A stretch of 64,000 nt of DNA. Source: Acidobacteriota bacterium. Its GTDB lineage: Bacteria; Acidobacteriota; Terriglobia; Terriglobales; Acidobacteriaceae. Made by a program: the position numbers and the translations under genes. Each line of letters starts with the position of its first letter. Within the stretch, counting starts at the first letter, position 1. Where the stretch lies: the NCBI GenBank assembly GCA_021780075.1, contig JAJXZL010000024.1, forward strand, positions 3,975-67,974, in the 5' to 3' direction. This document shows positions 1 through 9,983 of the stretch, piece after piece. The notes under the pieces are model-generated. The model saw nothing but the letters and a program-made list of their open reading frames with translations, searched no databases and was not told the origin of the DNA.

Positions 1-197
1 AGGCACTGGCCAACGACGGGCCCCGCATGAAGCGCATTCGCCCTGCGCCCATGGGTCGCGCATTTCGCTACCAGCGCAGGCTGGCGCACATCGTGGTTTC
101 AGTGGCCGAGCGCGAAGCGGGCGAGGGCCTGGTGACCAAGGCTGAAGAGCCTGTTGCGGCGAAGGCAACCAAGAAAAAGGCCGGCAAGAAGGCCTAG
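1..197 (+). CDS. rplV: 50S ribosomal protein L22, C-terminal part (5' end lies outside the window)
   Basis: The frame starting at nt 3 reads ...GPRMKRIRPAPMGRAFRYQRRLAHIVVSVAEREAGE...KKKAGKKA, the conserved L22 C-terminal core. Stop TAG at 195-197. It sits directly upstream of rpsC, as in S10 operons. Confidence 0.85.
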   Translation, partial: ALANDGPRMKRIRPAPMGRAFRYQRRLAHIVVSVAEREAGEGLVTKAEEPVAAKATKKKAGKKA

Positions 198-216
198 AGG
201 GTTTTGAGGGAAGAAT

Positions 217-885
217 ATGGGACAGAAAGTCCATCCTTACGGATTCCGGCTGGGAGTGAACAAGCCGTGGCGTTCGCGCTGGTTCTCTGAGCGCGACTAT
301 GACAAGCTCCTTGTCGAGGACGTGAAGCTCAAGGCTGAGCTGCGCGACAAGCTGAAGGCCGCGGGTGTGAGCTCGGTGGAGATCGAGCGGCCGGGCAACA
401 AGCTGCGTTTCCTCATCCGCACCGCTCGGCCGGGTATCGTGATCGGCCGCAAGGGCGCGGAGATCGAAAAGCTGAAGACGGAACTGGGCAAGCGCACCAG
501 CCGCGACGTGTTCATCGACATCATCGAGGTGAACAAGCCGGAGTTGGACGCGCAGCTGGTCTCGGAGAACATCGCGCTGCAGCTGGAAAAGCGCGTCAGC
601 TTCCGCCGCGCCATGCGCAAGAGCGTGGACTCGGCCCTCCGCTTCGGTTGCAAGGGAATCAAGGTGCGCGTCTCCGGCCGGTTGAACGGCAATGAGATTG
701 CCCGTTCAGAGTGGTATCTGCAGGGACGTTTGCCGCTGCATACGCTGCGCGCAGACATCGACTACGGCTTTACCGAGGCGCACACCACCTATGGCGTGAT
801 CGGCGTCAAGACGTGGATCTATCGTGGCGATATCTACGAGCAGAAGCGCCGCCAGACTCCGCCGGTTGGAACGTCAGTATTTTAA
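217..885 (+). CDS. rpsC: 30S ribosomal protein S3
   Basis: 222-aa ORF starting [14 protein letters not shown]..., with [12 protein letters not shown] (KH domain) and the S3 C-terminal domain. GAGGG lies upstream of the ATG. Confidence 0.97.
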   Translation: MGQKVHPYGFRLGVNKPWRSRWFSERDYDKLLVEDVKLKAELRDKLKAAGVSSVEIERPGNKLRFLIRTARPGIVIGRKGAEIEKLKTELGKRTSRDVFIDIIEVNKPELDAQLVSENIALQLEKRVSFRRAMRKSVDSALRFGCKGIKVRVSGRLNGNEIARSEWYLQGRLPLHTLRADIDYGFTEAHTTYGVIGVKTWIYRGDIYEQKRRQTPPVGTSVF

Positions 886-886
886 G

Positions 887-977
887 ACAGTTGACAGCGA
901 ACAGCTTTCAGCTGTCAGTAAGACCGGGATGTGCATTGCACCAGATTGCAGGCTGACAGCTGAAAGCTGATCGCTGT
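887..977 (+). repeat. Heptad-periodic array forming a 25-bp inverted repeat (hairpin) followed by a T-tract, in the rpsC-rplP spacer
   Basis: ACAG/TCAG cores at 887, 894, 901, 908 and 915. The partner arm has CTG at 953, 960, 967 and 974. Positions 894-918 are complementary to 953-977 at 24 of 25 positions. TTTTTCGAGGTTTTTCG follows. Confidence 0.85.
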
Positions 978-996
978 TTTTTCGAGGTTTTTCGTT

Positions 997-1434
997 ATGT
1001 TGATGCCAAAGAAGGTGAAGTTCCGCAAGCAGCAGAAGGGCAAGCGCCGCGGTAAGGCGTGGCGGGGCTCTTCGCTCTCGTTCGGTGAGTACGGTTTGAA
1101 GGTCATGGAGTGCGGATATATCACCGACCGGCAGATCGAGGCCAGCCGTATCGCCATGACTCGCTTCATCAAGCGCGGCGGCAAGATCTGGCTGCGGCTG
1201 TTTCCGGACAAGCCGATCACCAAGAAGCCTGCCGAAGTCCGCATGGGCTCGGGCAAGGGCGCGTTGGACCACTGGGTAGCCGTCGTGCGGCCAGGCAAGA
1301 TCCTCTTTGAGATGGAGGGCGTGGCCCCGGAAGTGGCGCAGGAAGCCATGCGTCTGGCGTCGAACAAGCTGCCGCTGAGGACCAAGTTTGTGCAGCGGCC
1401 CGGCGCGGAAAAAATTGAGGCTGCGGCCAAGTAG
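997..1434 (+). CDS. rplP: 50S ribosomal protein L16
   Basis: [22 protein letters not shown]...; L16 signature and operon position. The true start may be the second ATG at 1003. Confidence 0.96.
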   Translation: MLMPKKVKFRKQQKGKRRGKAWRGSSLSFGEYGLKVMECGYITDRQIEASRIAMTRFIKRGGKIWLRLFPDKPITKKPAEVRMGSGKGALDHWVAVVRPGKILFEMEGVAPEVAQEAMRLASNKLPLRTKFVQRPGAEKIEAAAK

Positions 1435-1511
1435 CCGGGCTCGTTGAGCCAGATGAGAAGGACGCGCCGCCCGCCCGGCAAGGGGCAGGCTGAGCGCCGG
1501 AGAGAGAAGCA

Positions 1512-1754
1512 ATGGAACTCAATAAAATGCGCAATTTGAGCGACGCCGAACTGCTGCACCAGGAGAAGACAGCCTCCGAGCAGCTTTTCCGGCTTCGCTT
1601 CCAGGTCTCGCTTGGGCAGAACGACGGAGTCAAGAGGCTTCGTCAGCTGCGCAAGGAGATCGCACAGATCAAGACCGTGGCCCGCGAACGCGAGCTGGGC
1701 ATCCGCGGCGCGGCAAAAGAAGCCGCGGCAGATGCCGGAAAGGGAGCCCGCTAA
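1512..1754 (+). CDS. rpmC: 50S ribosomal protein L29
   Basis: 80-aa ORF with LSDAELLHQEKTASEQLFRLRFQVSLGQ, the L29 pattern. Its stop abuts the rpsQ ATG. Confidence 0.93.
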   Translation: MELNKMRNLSDAELLHQEKTASEQLFRLRFQVSLGQNDGVKRLRQLRKEIAQIKTVARERELGIRGAAKEAAADAGKGAR

Positions 1755-2078
1755 ATGACGGCGACGACAGAAGCAGTGCAGGCAGCGCCGGCAACCTCGC
1801 GACGCAACGAGAAGGTTGGCCAGGTGGTTTCGACCAAGATGCAGAAGACCATCGTGGTCGAGGTCGAGATGCGCAAGGCGCATCCCAAATACAAGCGGAT
1901 CGTGCGCAGCTCGAAGAAGTTCTACGCACACGACGAGCAGAACTCGGCGCGGGTTGGCGACGTGGTGCGCATCCGCGAGACGCGTCCGCTGAGCAAGCTG
2001 AAGCGTTGGTCCCTTGAAGAGATTGTTCGGCGCTCGTCCCTGAATCAGATTGAGGACGCTGCGCCCATCGCGAAGTAG
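1755..2078 (+). CDS. rpsQ: 30S ribosomal protein S17
   Basis: [41 protein letters not shown]...[11 protein letters not shown], the S17 OB-fold signature. Confidence 0.95.
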   Translation: MTATTEAVQAAPATSRRNEKVGQVVSTKMQKTIVVEVEMRKAHPKYKRIVRSSKKFYAHDEQNSARVGDVVRIRETRPLSKLKRWSLEEIVRRSSLNQIEDAAPIAK

Positions 2079-2102
2079 CAGCGGCGGGTAAGGAGAAGAA
2101 CC

Positions 2103-2474
2103 ATGGCAGTGCAAATGAGAACCATGCTCGCGGTGGCCGACAACTCCGGCGCGCGCAAGCTGCAAGTGATCCTGCCCCTGGGCGGCGGTCTGGGCAAGAA
2201 GGCCGGCCTCGGCGACATCGTGACTGCCGCGGTCAAGGAAGCTTCGCCCGACGGCACGGTGAAAAAGGGCAAGGTGGTGAAGGCGGTCATTGTCCGCACC
2301 CGCAAGGAGCATCGCCGCCGCGACGGCACCTACATCCGCTTCGATGAGAACGCGGCCGTGGTGATCAACGAGGCCAATGAGCCGGTGGGTACGCGCGTCT
2401 TCGGGCCGGTGGCTCGCGAACTGCGCGAAAAGAAGTTTCTGAAGATTGTTTCGCTGGCCCCCGAGGTCGTTTAG
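2103..2474 (+). CDS. rplN: 50S ribosomal protein L14
   Basis: 123-aa [26 protein letters not shown]..., highly conserved L14. [12 protein letters not shown]. Confidence 0.97.
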   Translation: MAVQMRTMLAVADNSGARKLQVILPLGGGLGKKAGLGDIVTAAVKEASPDGTVKKGKVVKAVIVRTRKEHRRRDGTYIRFDENAAVVINEANEPVGTRVFGPVARELREKKFLKIVSLAPEVV

Positions 2475-2528
2475 CGGTTGGCAGCGATGGGCGAGAGCGG
2501 CCCCGCAAGGGCCGGAGTGAGAGAAAAA

Positions 2529-2855
2529 ATGCCGAGTTTGAATATTCATCGCAATGATACGGTCAAGGTGCTCACGGGCGCCGACCGCGGCAAGACGGGC
2601 CGCGTGCTGCGCGCCTTTCCCGACAAGGGCACTGTGCTCGTAGAGCATGTGCGCATCGTCAAGAAGACAATTTCGAGCAAGACCGGGCAGCGGACCAAGG
2701 GTGGCATCGCGGAGCATGAGTCGCCCATCGACGTGTCCAACGTGGCGCTGGTCTGCCCCAATTGCGGTCCCACGCGCGTGGGCTTCAAGACTGAAGGGGA
2801 TGCGAAGGTTCGCATCTGCAAGAAGTGCGGGCAGGAGCTGCCCACGAAGAAGTAG
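2529..2855 (+). CDS. rplX: 50S ribosomal protein L24 (variant with four Cys, zinc-ribbon-like)
   Basis: KOW motif [21 protein letters not shown]. The start is trimmed from the 2478 ORF to the ATG at 2529, which is preceded by GGAGTGAGAG. C-terminal CPNCG...CKKCG. Confidence 0.92.
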   Translation: MPSLNIHRNDTVKVLTGADRGKTGRVLRAFPDKGTVLVEHVRIVKKTISSKTGQRTKGGIAEHESPIDVSNVALVCPNCGPTRVGFKTEGDAKVRICKKCGQELPTKK

Positions 2856-2979
2856 CGGGATTCAAGGCCCGCGCGGATGGAATGGATTTCCGCCCGTGCG
2901 GCCAGCACCCTTCCGCAACGGTAAACGGCTGCTGAAAACAGGGCCACCCCGGGCGCCGGAAGAAAGAGAGCGAAACGCA

Positions 2980-3528
2980 ATGGCAGCAAGGCTGAAAGAG
3001 AAGTACAACAAAGAGATCAAGCAGGCTCTGAAGAAGGAGCTGGGCATCGAGAACCTGATGGCGGTGCCGAAGCTGGAAAAGATCGTGATCAACATGGGTC
3101 TGGGCGAGGCCACGCAGAACACCAAGCTGCTGGATCCGCTGGTGGGCGATCTGACGGCAATTGCCGGGCAGAAGCCAGTCACCACCAAGGCGAAGAAGTC
3201 GATTGCCGCCTTCAAGGTGCGCGCCGGCATGTCCATCGGCGCCATGGTGACACTGCGCAACGACAAGGCCTACGAGTTTCTTGACCGGCTGATCTCCACG
3301 GCGCTGCCCCGCGTACGCGACTTCCGCGGCGTTTCGACCAAGAGCTTTGACGGGCGCGGCAACTACACGCTCGGCCTGCGCGACCAGCTGATCTTCCCTG
3401 AGATTGACTACTCCAAGGTGGAGAAGCTGAAGGGTATGAACATCACCATCGTGACCACGGCGAAGGACGACAACCAGGCGCGCGCACTGCTGCGCCACTT
3501 TGGAATGCCCTTCCGTCAGGGCGCGTAG
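2980..3528 (+). CDS. rplE: 50S ribosomal protein L5
   Basis: [44 protein letters not shown], the canonical L5 N-terminus. The ORF-track start at 2647 is an artefactual upstream extension. Confidence 0.96.
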   Translation: MAARLKEKYNKEIKQALKKELGIENLMAVPKLEKIVINMGLGEATQNTKLLDPLVGDLTAIAGQKPVTTKAKKSIAAFKVRAGMSIGAMVTLRNDKAYEFLDRLISTALPRVRDFRGVSTKSFDGRGNYTLGLRDQLIFPEIDYSKVEKLKGMNITIVTTAKDDNQARALLRHFGMPFRQGA

Positions 3529-3532
3529 GAAC

Positions 3533-3673
3533 AGCTATTAGCTTTTAGCTACTAGCTTTAAGCTTCGACGGCGGTAGGATCCGCCGAGGAGGCGAAACTG
3601 AATTTGACGCCTGTTCCGGAATGCTGGCTCAGCAAGGAACAAGCTAACGGCTAAAAGCTGATGGCTGATAGCT
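3533..3673 (+). repeat. Two facing heptad-periodic AGCT arrays (imperfect long inverted repeat) in the rplE-rpsN spacer
   Basis: AGCT at 3533, 3540, 3547, 3554 and 3561. RGCT at 3642, 3649, 3656, 3663 and 3670. The arms are complementary at about 23 of 33 positions (hand count), mainly at the AGCT cores. An inner small hairpin GGCGG-N6-CCGCC is present. Confidence 0.8.
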
Positions 3674-3690
3674 GGGGTTGAAGAGGATTT

Positions 3691-3876
3691 ATGGCAACCA
3701 CTGCAAAACGAGTGAAAGACGCGCGGAAGCCGAAGTTCAGCTGCCGCAAGCACAATCGGTGCAAGCTCTGCGGACGCCCGCGGGGATATCTGCGGAAGTT
3801 CGGCGTCTGCCGTTTGTGCTTCCGCGCCCTGGCGCTCAAGGGTGAGATTCCCGGCGTCGTCAAGTCGAGCTGGTAA
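3691..3876 (+). CDS. rpsN: 30S ribosomal protein S14, short type Z (zinc-binding form)
   Basis: 61-aa ORF with [28 protein letters not shown] (CxxC...CxxC) and C-terminal KSSW. Confidence 0.95.
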   Translation: MATTAKRVKDARKPKFSCRKHNRCKLCGRPRGYLRKFGVCRLCFRALALKGEIPGVVKSSW

Positions 3877-3879
3877 AGA

Positions 3880-3980
3880 CAGCGACCAGCTCCTAGCCGC
3901 CCGCTGCCATCACTTCATGCCAGTTTGAAGAGATGTGCTGAGAGCGTGAGCTAGAAGCCGGAAGCTAAAAGCGAGAAGCT
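3880..3980 (+). repeat. Heptad-periodic arrays in the rpsN-rpsH spacer
   Basis: CAGC/TAGC at 3880, 3887 and 3894, beginning 4 nt after the rpsN stop. AGCT/AGCC/AGCT/AGCG/AGCT at 3949, 3956, 3963, 3970 and 3977, followed by GTTTT. Confidence 0.75.
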
Positions 3981-4059
3981 GTTTTAGAACATTCCCGCTG
4001 GTTCTCCCCAGGCGCTGCGCAGGCAGGGCCGGGAGCGAACGGGGAATGAAGGAGAAGGA

Positions 4060-4455
4060 ATGAGTCTGACCGACCCAGTAGCAGATTTTCTGGCGCGGAT
4101 CCGGAATGCGATCCGGGCGCGTCATCAGAAGCTGGATGTGCCGGCTTCCAAGCTGAAGACCGAGATTGCCCGCATTCTCAAGGAAGAGGGCTACATCTCG
4201 AACTACAAGACCCAGGAAGAGGACGGCAAGCCGGTGCTCCGCGTGTACCTGAAGTACGGCGGCAGCGAAGCGGCCATCCGCGACCTGGCGCGCATCTCGC
4301 GTCCCGGCTGCCGCGTTTACATCGGCCGCGACGAGATCAAGCGCGTCCAGGGCGGCCTTGGCATCTCGATCATGACCACGCCCAAGGGCGTGATGACCGG
4401 CCGTCAGGCACGCCGCGAGGGCGTGGGCGGCGAAGTGCTCTGCGAAGTCTGGTAG
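4060..4455 (+). CDS. rpsH: 30S ribosomal protein S8
   Basis: MSLTDPVADFLARIRNA..., the invariant S8 N-terminus. [13 protein letters not shown]. Confidence 0.97.
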   Translation: MSLTDPVADFLARIRNAIRARHQKLDVPASKLKTEIARILKEEGYISNYKTQEEDGKPVLRVYLKYGGSEAAIRDLARISRPGCRVYIGRDEIKRVQGGLGISIMTTPKGVMTGRQARREGVGGEVLCEVW

Positions 4456-4611
4456 GGCTGGCCGTCCAGGCAACTGCCTTCGGCAGCTCTGCCCGGGTTT
4501 TGTGGGGATTCAAGCAGTTTGTTTGACTGGGGGGTAGTTCCCCCAGGGCTGCAGTGGAACGAAGCGGCGTTATCCGCTTCGGGACTCGCAAGCCAATCAA
4601 GGATTGATTCG

Positions 4612-5151
4612 ATGTCGCGTATTGGAAAGAAACTGATCCCGCTGCCGGCGGGCGTCAAGTATAAGGTCGAAGGCAACACCGTGCTGGTCGAGGGTCCCAA
4701 GGGCAAGGTTTCGGCGCTGATTGCCAACGGCATCTCCCTGGAGACGGTTGACGGGCATTTGCATGTGAAGCGCGAAGGCGACAAGTATGCCGCCATGCAC
4801 GGGCTGACGCGCGCGCTGGTGTTCAATGCCATCGAGGGCGTGACCAAGGGCTGGAGCCGCGAGCTGGACATCGTCGGCATCGGCTACCGCGCGGAGCTGA
4901 AGGGCAAGGGGACTGTGGTCTTCACGCTGGGCTACTCGCACCCCATTGAGTTTCCGCTGCCCTCGGGCATCGAGGTGGCGATTGACCCCAAGCAGACGCA
5001 CCTGACCGTCTCCGGCATTGACCGGCAGAAGGTGGGCCAGGTGGCGGCCGACATGCGCTCGTTGCGCAAGCCGGACCCGTACAAGAACAAGGGCGTGCGC
5101 TACTCGAACGAGAAGCTGAAGAAGAAGGCCGGCAAGACGGGCTCGAAGTAA
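4612..5151 (+). CDS. rplF: 50S ribosomal protein L6
   Basis: [31 protein letters not shown], the L6 N-terminus. The ORF-track start at 4519 is trimmed to the ATG at 4612. Confidence 0.95.
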   Translation: MSRIGKKLIPLPAGVKYKVEGNTVLVEGPKGKVSALIANGISLETVDGHLHVKREGDKYAAMHGLTRALVFNAIEGVTKGWSRELDIVGIGYRAELKGKGTVVFTLGYSHPIEFPLPSGIEVAIDPKQTHLTVSGIDRQKVGQVAADMRSLRKPDPYKNKGVRYSNEKLKKKAGKTGSK

Positions 5152-5221
5152 CCCGCGGCTAATCGCGGCATCACAACCGAACGGGGCCGCACGGCGGCTC
5201 CGCTGATAGGAACGAGAGACC

Positions 5222-5578
5222 ATGATTACGCAGACCAAGAGAAACGCAATCCGGCAACGCATTCACGCGCGCATCCGCCAGAAGCTTTCGGGCACGACAG
5301 AGCGCCCCCGGCTGAATGTCTACCGCTCGCTTAACCACATCTACGCCCAGGTCATCGATGACCAGAAGGGCGAAACGCTTGTCTCGGCCTCCACGCTGGC
5401 GCTGAAGGTGAAGACCGGCGGCAACCTGGCCGCTGCCAAGGAAATTGGCAAGGCCGTTGCTGAAAAGGCAGTCGAGAAGGGTATCAAGAAAGTGGTCTTC
5501 GACCGCGGCGGCTTCCTGTATCACGGCCGCATCAAGGCGCTGGCCGATGCAGCCCGCGAGGCCGGGTTGGAATTTTAA
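5222..5578 (+). CDS. rplR: 50S ribosomal protein L18
   Basis: [35 protein letters not shown]...[22 protein letters not shown], the L18 signature. Confidence 0.96.
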   Translation: MITQTKRNAIRQRIHARIRQKLSGTTERPRLNVYRSLNHIYAQVIDDQKGETLVSASTLALKVKTGGNLAAAKEIGKAVAEKAVEKGIKKVVFDRGGFLYHGRIKALADAAREAGLEF

Positions 5579-5671
5579 GGGTCACCGGACTGAAGATCTT
5601 GCTGAATCAGCCAGGACTCTAAACCGAAACGCCGAACCGCCGAGCGGCCCGGAAGAACAGACGAGAGAGCA

Positions 5672-6181
5672 ATGACGATGTTGAAAAAGAAACTCGATGC
5701 CAACCAGTACAACCTGAAGGATCAGGTGGTAGCCATCAATCGCGTGACCAAGGTGGTCAAGGGCGGCAAGAATATGTCGTTTGCCGCGCTGGTGGTGGTG
5801 GGTGACGCCGCTTCGGGCGTGGTGGGCTACGGTTCGGGCAAGGCCAAGGAAGTTCCCCAGGCCATTCGCAAGGGGATTGAGGCGGCCAAGAAGAACCTGG
5901 TCCGGGTCAACCTGACCGAGACAACGATTCCGCATCTGGTCCTGGGCCGCTTCGGCGCCGGGCAGGTCCTGCTGAAGCCAGCCCCTGAGGGCACCGGCGT
6001 GATTGCCGGCGGCGCAGTGCGCGCGGTCATGACCTCGGCTGGCGTGCAGAACGTGCTGACCAAGAGCCTGGGAACCGCCAACCCTCACAACGTCATCAAG
6101 GCGACATTTGACGCCTTGGTGCAGCTCCGTGACAAGGGCGAAGTGGCTACCATGCGCGGCAAAACCGTGGAGGAGATGTAA
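5672..6181 (+). CDS. rpsE: 30S ribosomal protein S5
   Basis: [27 protein letters not shown]...[14 protein letters not shown]5 dsRBD and C-terminal domain. Confidence 0.96.
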   Translation: MTMLKKKLDANQYNLKDQVVAINRVTKVVKGGKNMSFAALVVVGDAASGVVGYGSGKAKEVPQAIRKGIEAAKKNLVRVNLTETTIPHLVLGRFGAGQVLLKPAPEGTGVIAGGAVRAVMTSAGVQNVLTKSLGTANPHNVIKATFDALVQLRDKGEVATMRGKTVEEM

Positions 6182-6183
6182 AC

Positions 6184-6372
6184 ATGGCTGAGTCCAAGAA
6201 GATTCGCATTCAGTACTACCGCTCGGCCATTTCCACGCCCGTCAAGCACAAGCTGGTGGTCAAGGGACTGGGCTTTACGCGCCTCAACCAGATTGTCGAG
6301 CGCGTGGATAACGAATCGGTTCGCGGCATGGTCAAGGCCATCCCGCATCTGGTTCGCATCCTGGCCGACTAA
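6184..6372 (+). CDS. rpmD: 50S ribosomal protein L30
   Basis: 62-aa ORF KIRIQYYRSAISTPVKHKLVVKGLGFTRLNQ. Position between rpsE and rplO. Confidence 0.92.
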   Translation: MAESKKIRIQYYRSAISTPVKHKLVVKGLGFTRLNQIVERVDNESVRGMVKAIPHLVRILAD

Positions 6373-6454
6373 TCCAACCGCCCGGCTCTGGGCCGCGGCG
6401 CATAACGCGAGTCGGCAGGGAGCAAAGCTCCGCCGGCGCTACAGCGAGGAAATC

Positions 6455-6916
6455 ATGGCAAAGAATCTATCGAATCTGCGCGCGCCCAAGAAGGCCAACA
6501 CCGGGCGCAAGCGCGTGGGCCGGGGCATGGGATCCGGCATGGGCAAGACCTCAACCCGCGGCCACAAGGGCCAGGGTTCGCGCTCCGGCTCCAGCCTGAT
6601 GCGCGGTTTTGAGGGCGGCCAGATGCCGCTGCACCGCCGCCTGCCGAAGCGCGGTTTTACCAACATCTTCCGCACCGAATACACGGTCGTGAACCTGGAT
6701 CGCATCGAGGCGCTTGGCGTGGCCGAGATCGGTCTGGACGACTACAAGAAGCTCGGCCTGGCCTCCAGCAAGAAGGCCTTGATCAAGGTTCTTGGCTCGG
6801 GCGAGCTGACCTCCGCCAAGACGATTCACGCCCACAAGTTCTCCAAGTCCGCCGTCGAAAAGATTGAGAAGGCGGGCGGCAAGGCAGTGGTAGCGGGCGC
6901 CCCAGCTGCGGTTTAG
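6455..6916 (+). CDS. rplO: 50S ribosomal protein L15
   Basis: MAKNLSNLRAPKKANTGRKRVGRGMGSGMGKTSTRGHKGQ, the L15 N-terminus. The ORF-track start at 6293 is trimmed. Confidence 0.95.
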   Translation: MAKNLSNLRAPKKANTGRKRVGRGMGSGMGKTSTRGHKGQGSRSGSSLMRGFEGGQMPLHRRLPKRGFTNIFRTEYTVVNLDRIEALGVAEIGLDDYKKLGLASSKKALIKVLGSGELTSAKTIHAHKFSKSAVEKIEKAGGKAVVAGAPAAV

Positions 6917-7014
6917 TCCCTGCAGCCTGGGGCGACACGCCTCGCCCTTCGCGGATAAGATGGTCTGTTGCACAGTTTCCACCGGCGGCCAACGCCTGAA
7001 GCGGATACGCAAAC

Positions 7015-8400
7015 ATGCTTGAGAAGTTTCTCAATATCTTCCGGATTCCCGACCTGCGCAAGCGGGTACTGTTCACGCTCGGCATTCTGGCTGTTTATCG
7101 CCTGGGCGCATTCATTCCCACGCCGGGCGTAAACACCCACCAGCTCGAACTGCTCTTCAGCCAGCAGAGCGGCTCGGCGCTGGGCCTGATGGACCTGTTC
7201 GGCGGCGGCAACCTGCGCCGCATGACCATCTTCGCCCTCGGCATCATGCCGTACATCACGGCGTCGATTATTTTCCAGCTCCTCACCGTGGTCTATGAGC
7301 CGCTGGCGCGCATCCAGAAGGAAGGCGAGCTGGGCCGCCGCAAGATTACCCAGTGGACCCGCTACGTCACCGTCGTTCTGGGCGCTCTCCAGTCCATCGG
7401 CATTGCCGCCATCCTTACGCGGCAGGGCCTGGTGCTGCATCCGGGCATCAGCTTCAGCCTGATGACGGTGCTTACCCTCACCACGGGTACCGCCTTCATC
7501 ATGTGGCTGGGCGAGCAGATTACCGACCGCGGCATCGGCAACGGCATGAGCCTGCTGATCTTTGCGGGCATCGTCGCGGGCCTGCCCCGCGGCGTGGGCG
7601 ATCTGCTCCAGAAGATCCAGACCAACGCCTGGGGCTCGTTCACCATCATGGCCGTTCTGATTCTGCTTGCCGCCATGATTGCTGTCGTCGCCTTCATCGT
7701 TTTTGTGGAGCGGTCTGAGCGGCGCATTCCCATCCAGAGCGCGCGGCGTATCGTTGGCCGGCGCATGATGGGCGGCCAGTCCAGCCATCTGCCTCTCAAG
7801 GTGAACTCGGGCGGGGTCATGCCGGTCATCTTTGCCAGCTCCATCCTGTCTGCGCCGCTGCTCTTCGGCCAGGTGGAATGGGTGCAGAACAGCCGTCTTC
7901 TGCAGCCGATTATGGAAGCCCTTCAGCCCGGCTATCCGTGGTATGAGGCGCTGTACATGATGGGCATCGTCTTCTTTGCGTATTTCTACGTGTCCATCAT
8001 CATGAAGCCGGATGACATTGCAGACAACTTCCGCAAGTCAGGCTCGTTCATTCCCGGCATCCGGCCCGGCAAGCGCACGTCCGACTTCATCAACGACATT
8101 CTTACCCGCATAACGCTGGTCGGCGCACTCTACCTGATTATCATTTCCCTGGTGCCTACCTTCCTGATTTCGGGCATTCGATTCGACAAGATCTGGCTCA
8201 TTGGCAGGTTCTTTGAGAGCCTTCCCACCTGGGCAACGCACGGTTTGGGGGTCAATTTCTACTTTGGCGGCACCTCCCTGCTCATTGTGGTGGGTGTGGC
8301 CATGGACACCATAAACCAGATCGAATCGCAGCTGATCATGCGTCACTATGACGGCTTTTCCCCGCGCTCCGGTCGCATTCGCGGAAGGAAAACCTGGTAA
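7015..8400 (+). CDS. secY: Preprotein translocase subunit SecY
   Basis: 461-aa polytopic membrane ORF with RMTIFALGIMPYITASIIFQLL and GEQITDRGIGNGMSLLIF. Conserved position after rplO. Confidence 0.97.
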   Translation: MLEKFLNIFRIPDLRKRVLFTLGILAVYRLGAFIPTPGVNTHQLELLFSQQSGSALGLMDLFGGGNLRRMTIFALGIMPYITASIIFQLLTVVYEPLARIQKEGELGRRKITQWTRYVTVVLGALQSIGIAAILTRQGLVLHPGISFSLMTVLTLTTGTAFIMWLGEQITDRGIGNGMSLLIFAGIVAGLPRGVGDLLQKIQTNAWGSFTIMAVLILLAAMIAVVAFIVFVERSERRIPIQSARRIVGRRMMGGQSSHLPLKVNSGGVMPVIFASSILSAPLLFGQVEWVQNSRLLQPIMEALQPGYPWYEALYMMGIVFFAYFYVSIIMKPDDIADNFRKSGSFIPGIRPGKRTSDFINDILTRITLVGALYLIIISLVPTFLISGIRFDKIWLIGRFFESLPTWATHGLGVNFYFGGTSLLIVVGVAMDTINQIESQLIMRHYDGFSPRSGRIRGRKTW

Positions 8401-9116
8401 TGTCTTCAACTGCAGCTGCGGTGGAAAGCGACCCGGATACGGCGGCCAAAATCATTCCCGGTCCGATTCTTTTGTTGGGTGCGCCAGGCGTGGGCAAGGG
8501 AACCCAGGCCAAGGAGCTGGTGAAACTGTGGGGCATTCCCCAGATCTCCACCGGCGACCTCCTGCGCGCCAACGTGGCGCAAGGCACCGCGCTGGGCAAT
8601 GCGGCCAAGGACATCATGCAGCATGGGAACCTGGTTCCCGATTCGCTGGTCAATGAGATGGTCGCGGTTCGTCTGCAACAGCCCGACACCTCCATCGGCT
8701 ACATCCTCGACGGTTTTCCGCGTACTTTGCCCCAGGCCAGCTGGCTTGACGACCGCCTGGGAACCCATCCGGAGGTGCTTCCGGTGGTTGCTGTCAGCCT
8801 GCATGTGGACTATAATCAGTTATTGCGCCGCATTACGGGGCGCAGGAACTGTCCAGTCTGCCAGCGTATTTACAACATCTATTCGAACCCGCCCCTGAAG
8901 GCAGGTTTTTGTGATGTCGAGGGCGCCGCGCTGGCCCAGCGATCCGATGACACGGAAGAGGTCTTTGCCGAGCGCATACGCGCTTATGACGCACAGACGG
9001 CACCCGTCGTCGAGCACTATCGAGAGCAGGGGCGTTTCGCCGAAGTGGATGGAGACGGGCAGATCGCCGCAATTGCGGCTCGTATTGTTGCCGCCGTCAG
9101 GCAGCTGCGCAAGTAA
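8400..9116 (+). CDS. adk: Adenylate kinase (about 20-aa N-terminal extension; Cys-containing LID)
   Basis: P-loop LLLGAPGVGKGTQAKEL, ILDGFPRTLPQA, and LID CPVCQRIYN...FCDVEG. The ATG overlaps the secY stop (TAATG). Confidence 0.93.
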   Translation: MSSTAAAVESDPDTAAKIIPGPILLLGAPGVGKGTQAKELVKLWGIPQISTGDLLRANVAQGTALGNAAKDIMQHGNLVPDSLVNEMVAVRLQQPDTSIGYILDGFPRTLPQASWLDDRLGTHPEVLPVVAVSLHVDYNQLLRRITGRRNCPVCQRIYNIYSNPPLKAGFCDVEGAALAQRSDDTEEVFAERIRAYDAQTAPVVEHYREQGRFAEVDGDGQIAAIAARIVAAVRQLRK

Positions 9117-9173
9117 GGCAGCTGGCGGGCGGAAATTTGTGCGCATGGGCGCACTGAGAGCAGGTTTAGCCGG

Positions 9174-9926
9174 GTGGCGGTGGTACTGAAGTCGTCCCAG
9201 GAGATCGAGAAGATGCGCCGTGCGGGCCGGGTGGTCCGCGAGGTGCTGGAGTTGGTGCGCAGCCATGTGAAGCCCGGCGCCACCACGCTCGATCTTGAAA
9301 AGGTGGCTGAGGCGCGCATCGCTGAGCTTGGCGCGCGGCCCGCGTTCAAGGGGTATCACGGGTTTCCGTGCGTCCTTTGCACCTCGGTCAACAGCGAAGT
9401 GGTGCATGGCATTCCATCGCCGAAGCGGGTCCTGAAGGAAGGCGACATCGTCTCGGTGGACTGCGGGGCGATTATCGACGGCTTTTTTGGCGATGCCGCC
9501 ATCACCGTGCCCGTGGGCGAGAAGATTCACCCGGATACCGCGCGGCTGTTGCGCGTCACCGAGGCGTCTTTGCAGACGGCCATCGCCGCGGTCAAGCCGG
9601 GAGCGACCCTGGGCGACATCGGCGCAGCGGTGCAGGGCGTGGTGGAGGCCGAAGGTTTTTCGGTGGTAAGGGATTTTGTGGGGCACGGCATCGGTTCCCA
9701 CATGCACGAGGATCCGCAGGTGCCGAACTTTGGCGAAGCTGGCCGCGGCATGAAGTTGCGCCCCGGCATGGTCATCGCCATTGAGCCCATGGTGAATGCC
9801 GGAAAGCCGGATGTCCGGGTGTTGAAGGACGGCTGGACGGCAGTGACCGACGACGGAAGCATGAGTGCTCATTTTGAGCACACGGTGGCGGTAACGGCCA
9901 CCGGAGCGACAGTCTTAACCGAGTAG
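9174..9926 (+). CDS. map: Type I methionine aminopeptidase
   Basis: EIEKMRRAGRVVREV..., VVHGIP, DCGAIIDGFFGD, GHGIGSHMHE, IEPMV, FEHTV: the M24A metal-ligand motifs. Non-ATG (GTG) start as given by the ORF track. Confidence 0.94.
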   Translation: MAVVLKSSQEIEKMRRAGRVVREVLELVRSHVKPGATTLDLEKVAEARIAELGARPAFKGYHGFPCVLCTSVNSEVVHGIPSPKRVLKEGDIVSVDCGAIIDGFFGDAAITVPVGEKIHPDTARLLRVTEASLQTAIAAVKPGATLGDIGAAVQGVVEAEGFSVVRDFVGHGIGSHMHEDPQVPNFGEAGRGMKLRPGMVIAIEPMVNAGKPDVRVLKDGWTAVTDDGSMSAHFEHTVAVTATGATVLTE

Positions 9927-9983
9927 TTTGCTCGGCTAACAGGCCGGATGCGCGCGAGCGCACTGGCAGAAGCGGGATACGGT

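Noticed and set aside
915-2717. 600-aa antisense ORF across rplP-rplX. Similar long antisense or out-of-frame ORFs occur at 8820-9881(-), 18827-19726(+), 23601-25082(+), 30551-31729(+), 45811-46779(-), 49259-50623(+), 53194-54741(-) and 55511-57643(-).
   Set aside because: All overlap strongly conserved genes on the opposite strand or in another frame. All have Arg/Ala/Gly/Pro/His-rich compositions typical of stop-poor non-coding frames in high-GC DNA.
8400-9116. Adenylate kinase LID with C-x2-C…C-x2-E instead of a full Cys4/Cys3Asp zinc site
   Set aside because: The observation is real, but LID metal-ligand variation is well known and I cannot judge metal binding from sequence alone. It is not reported as a finding.
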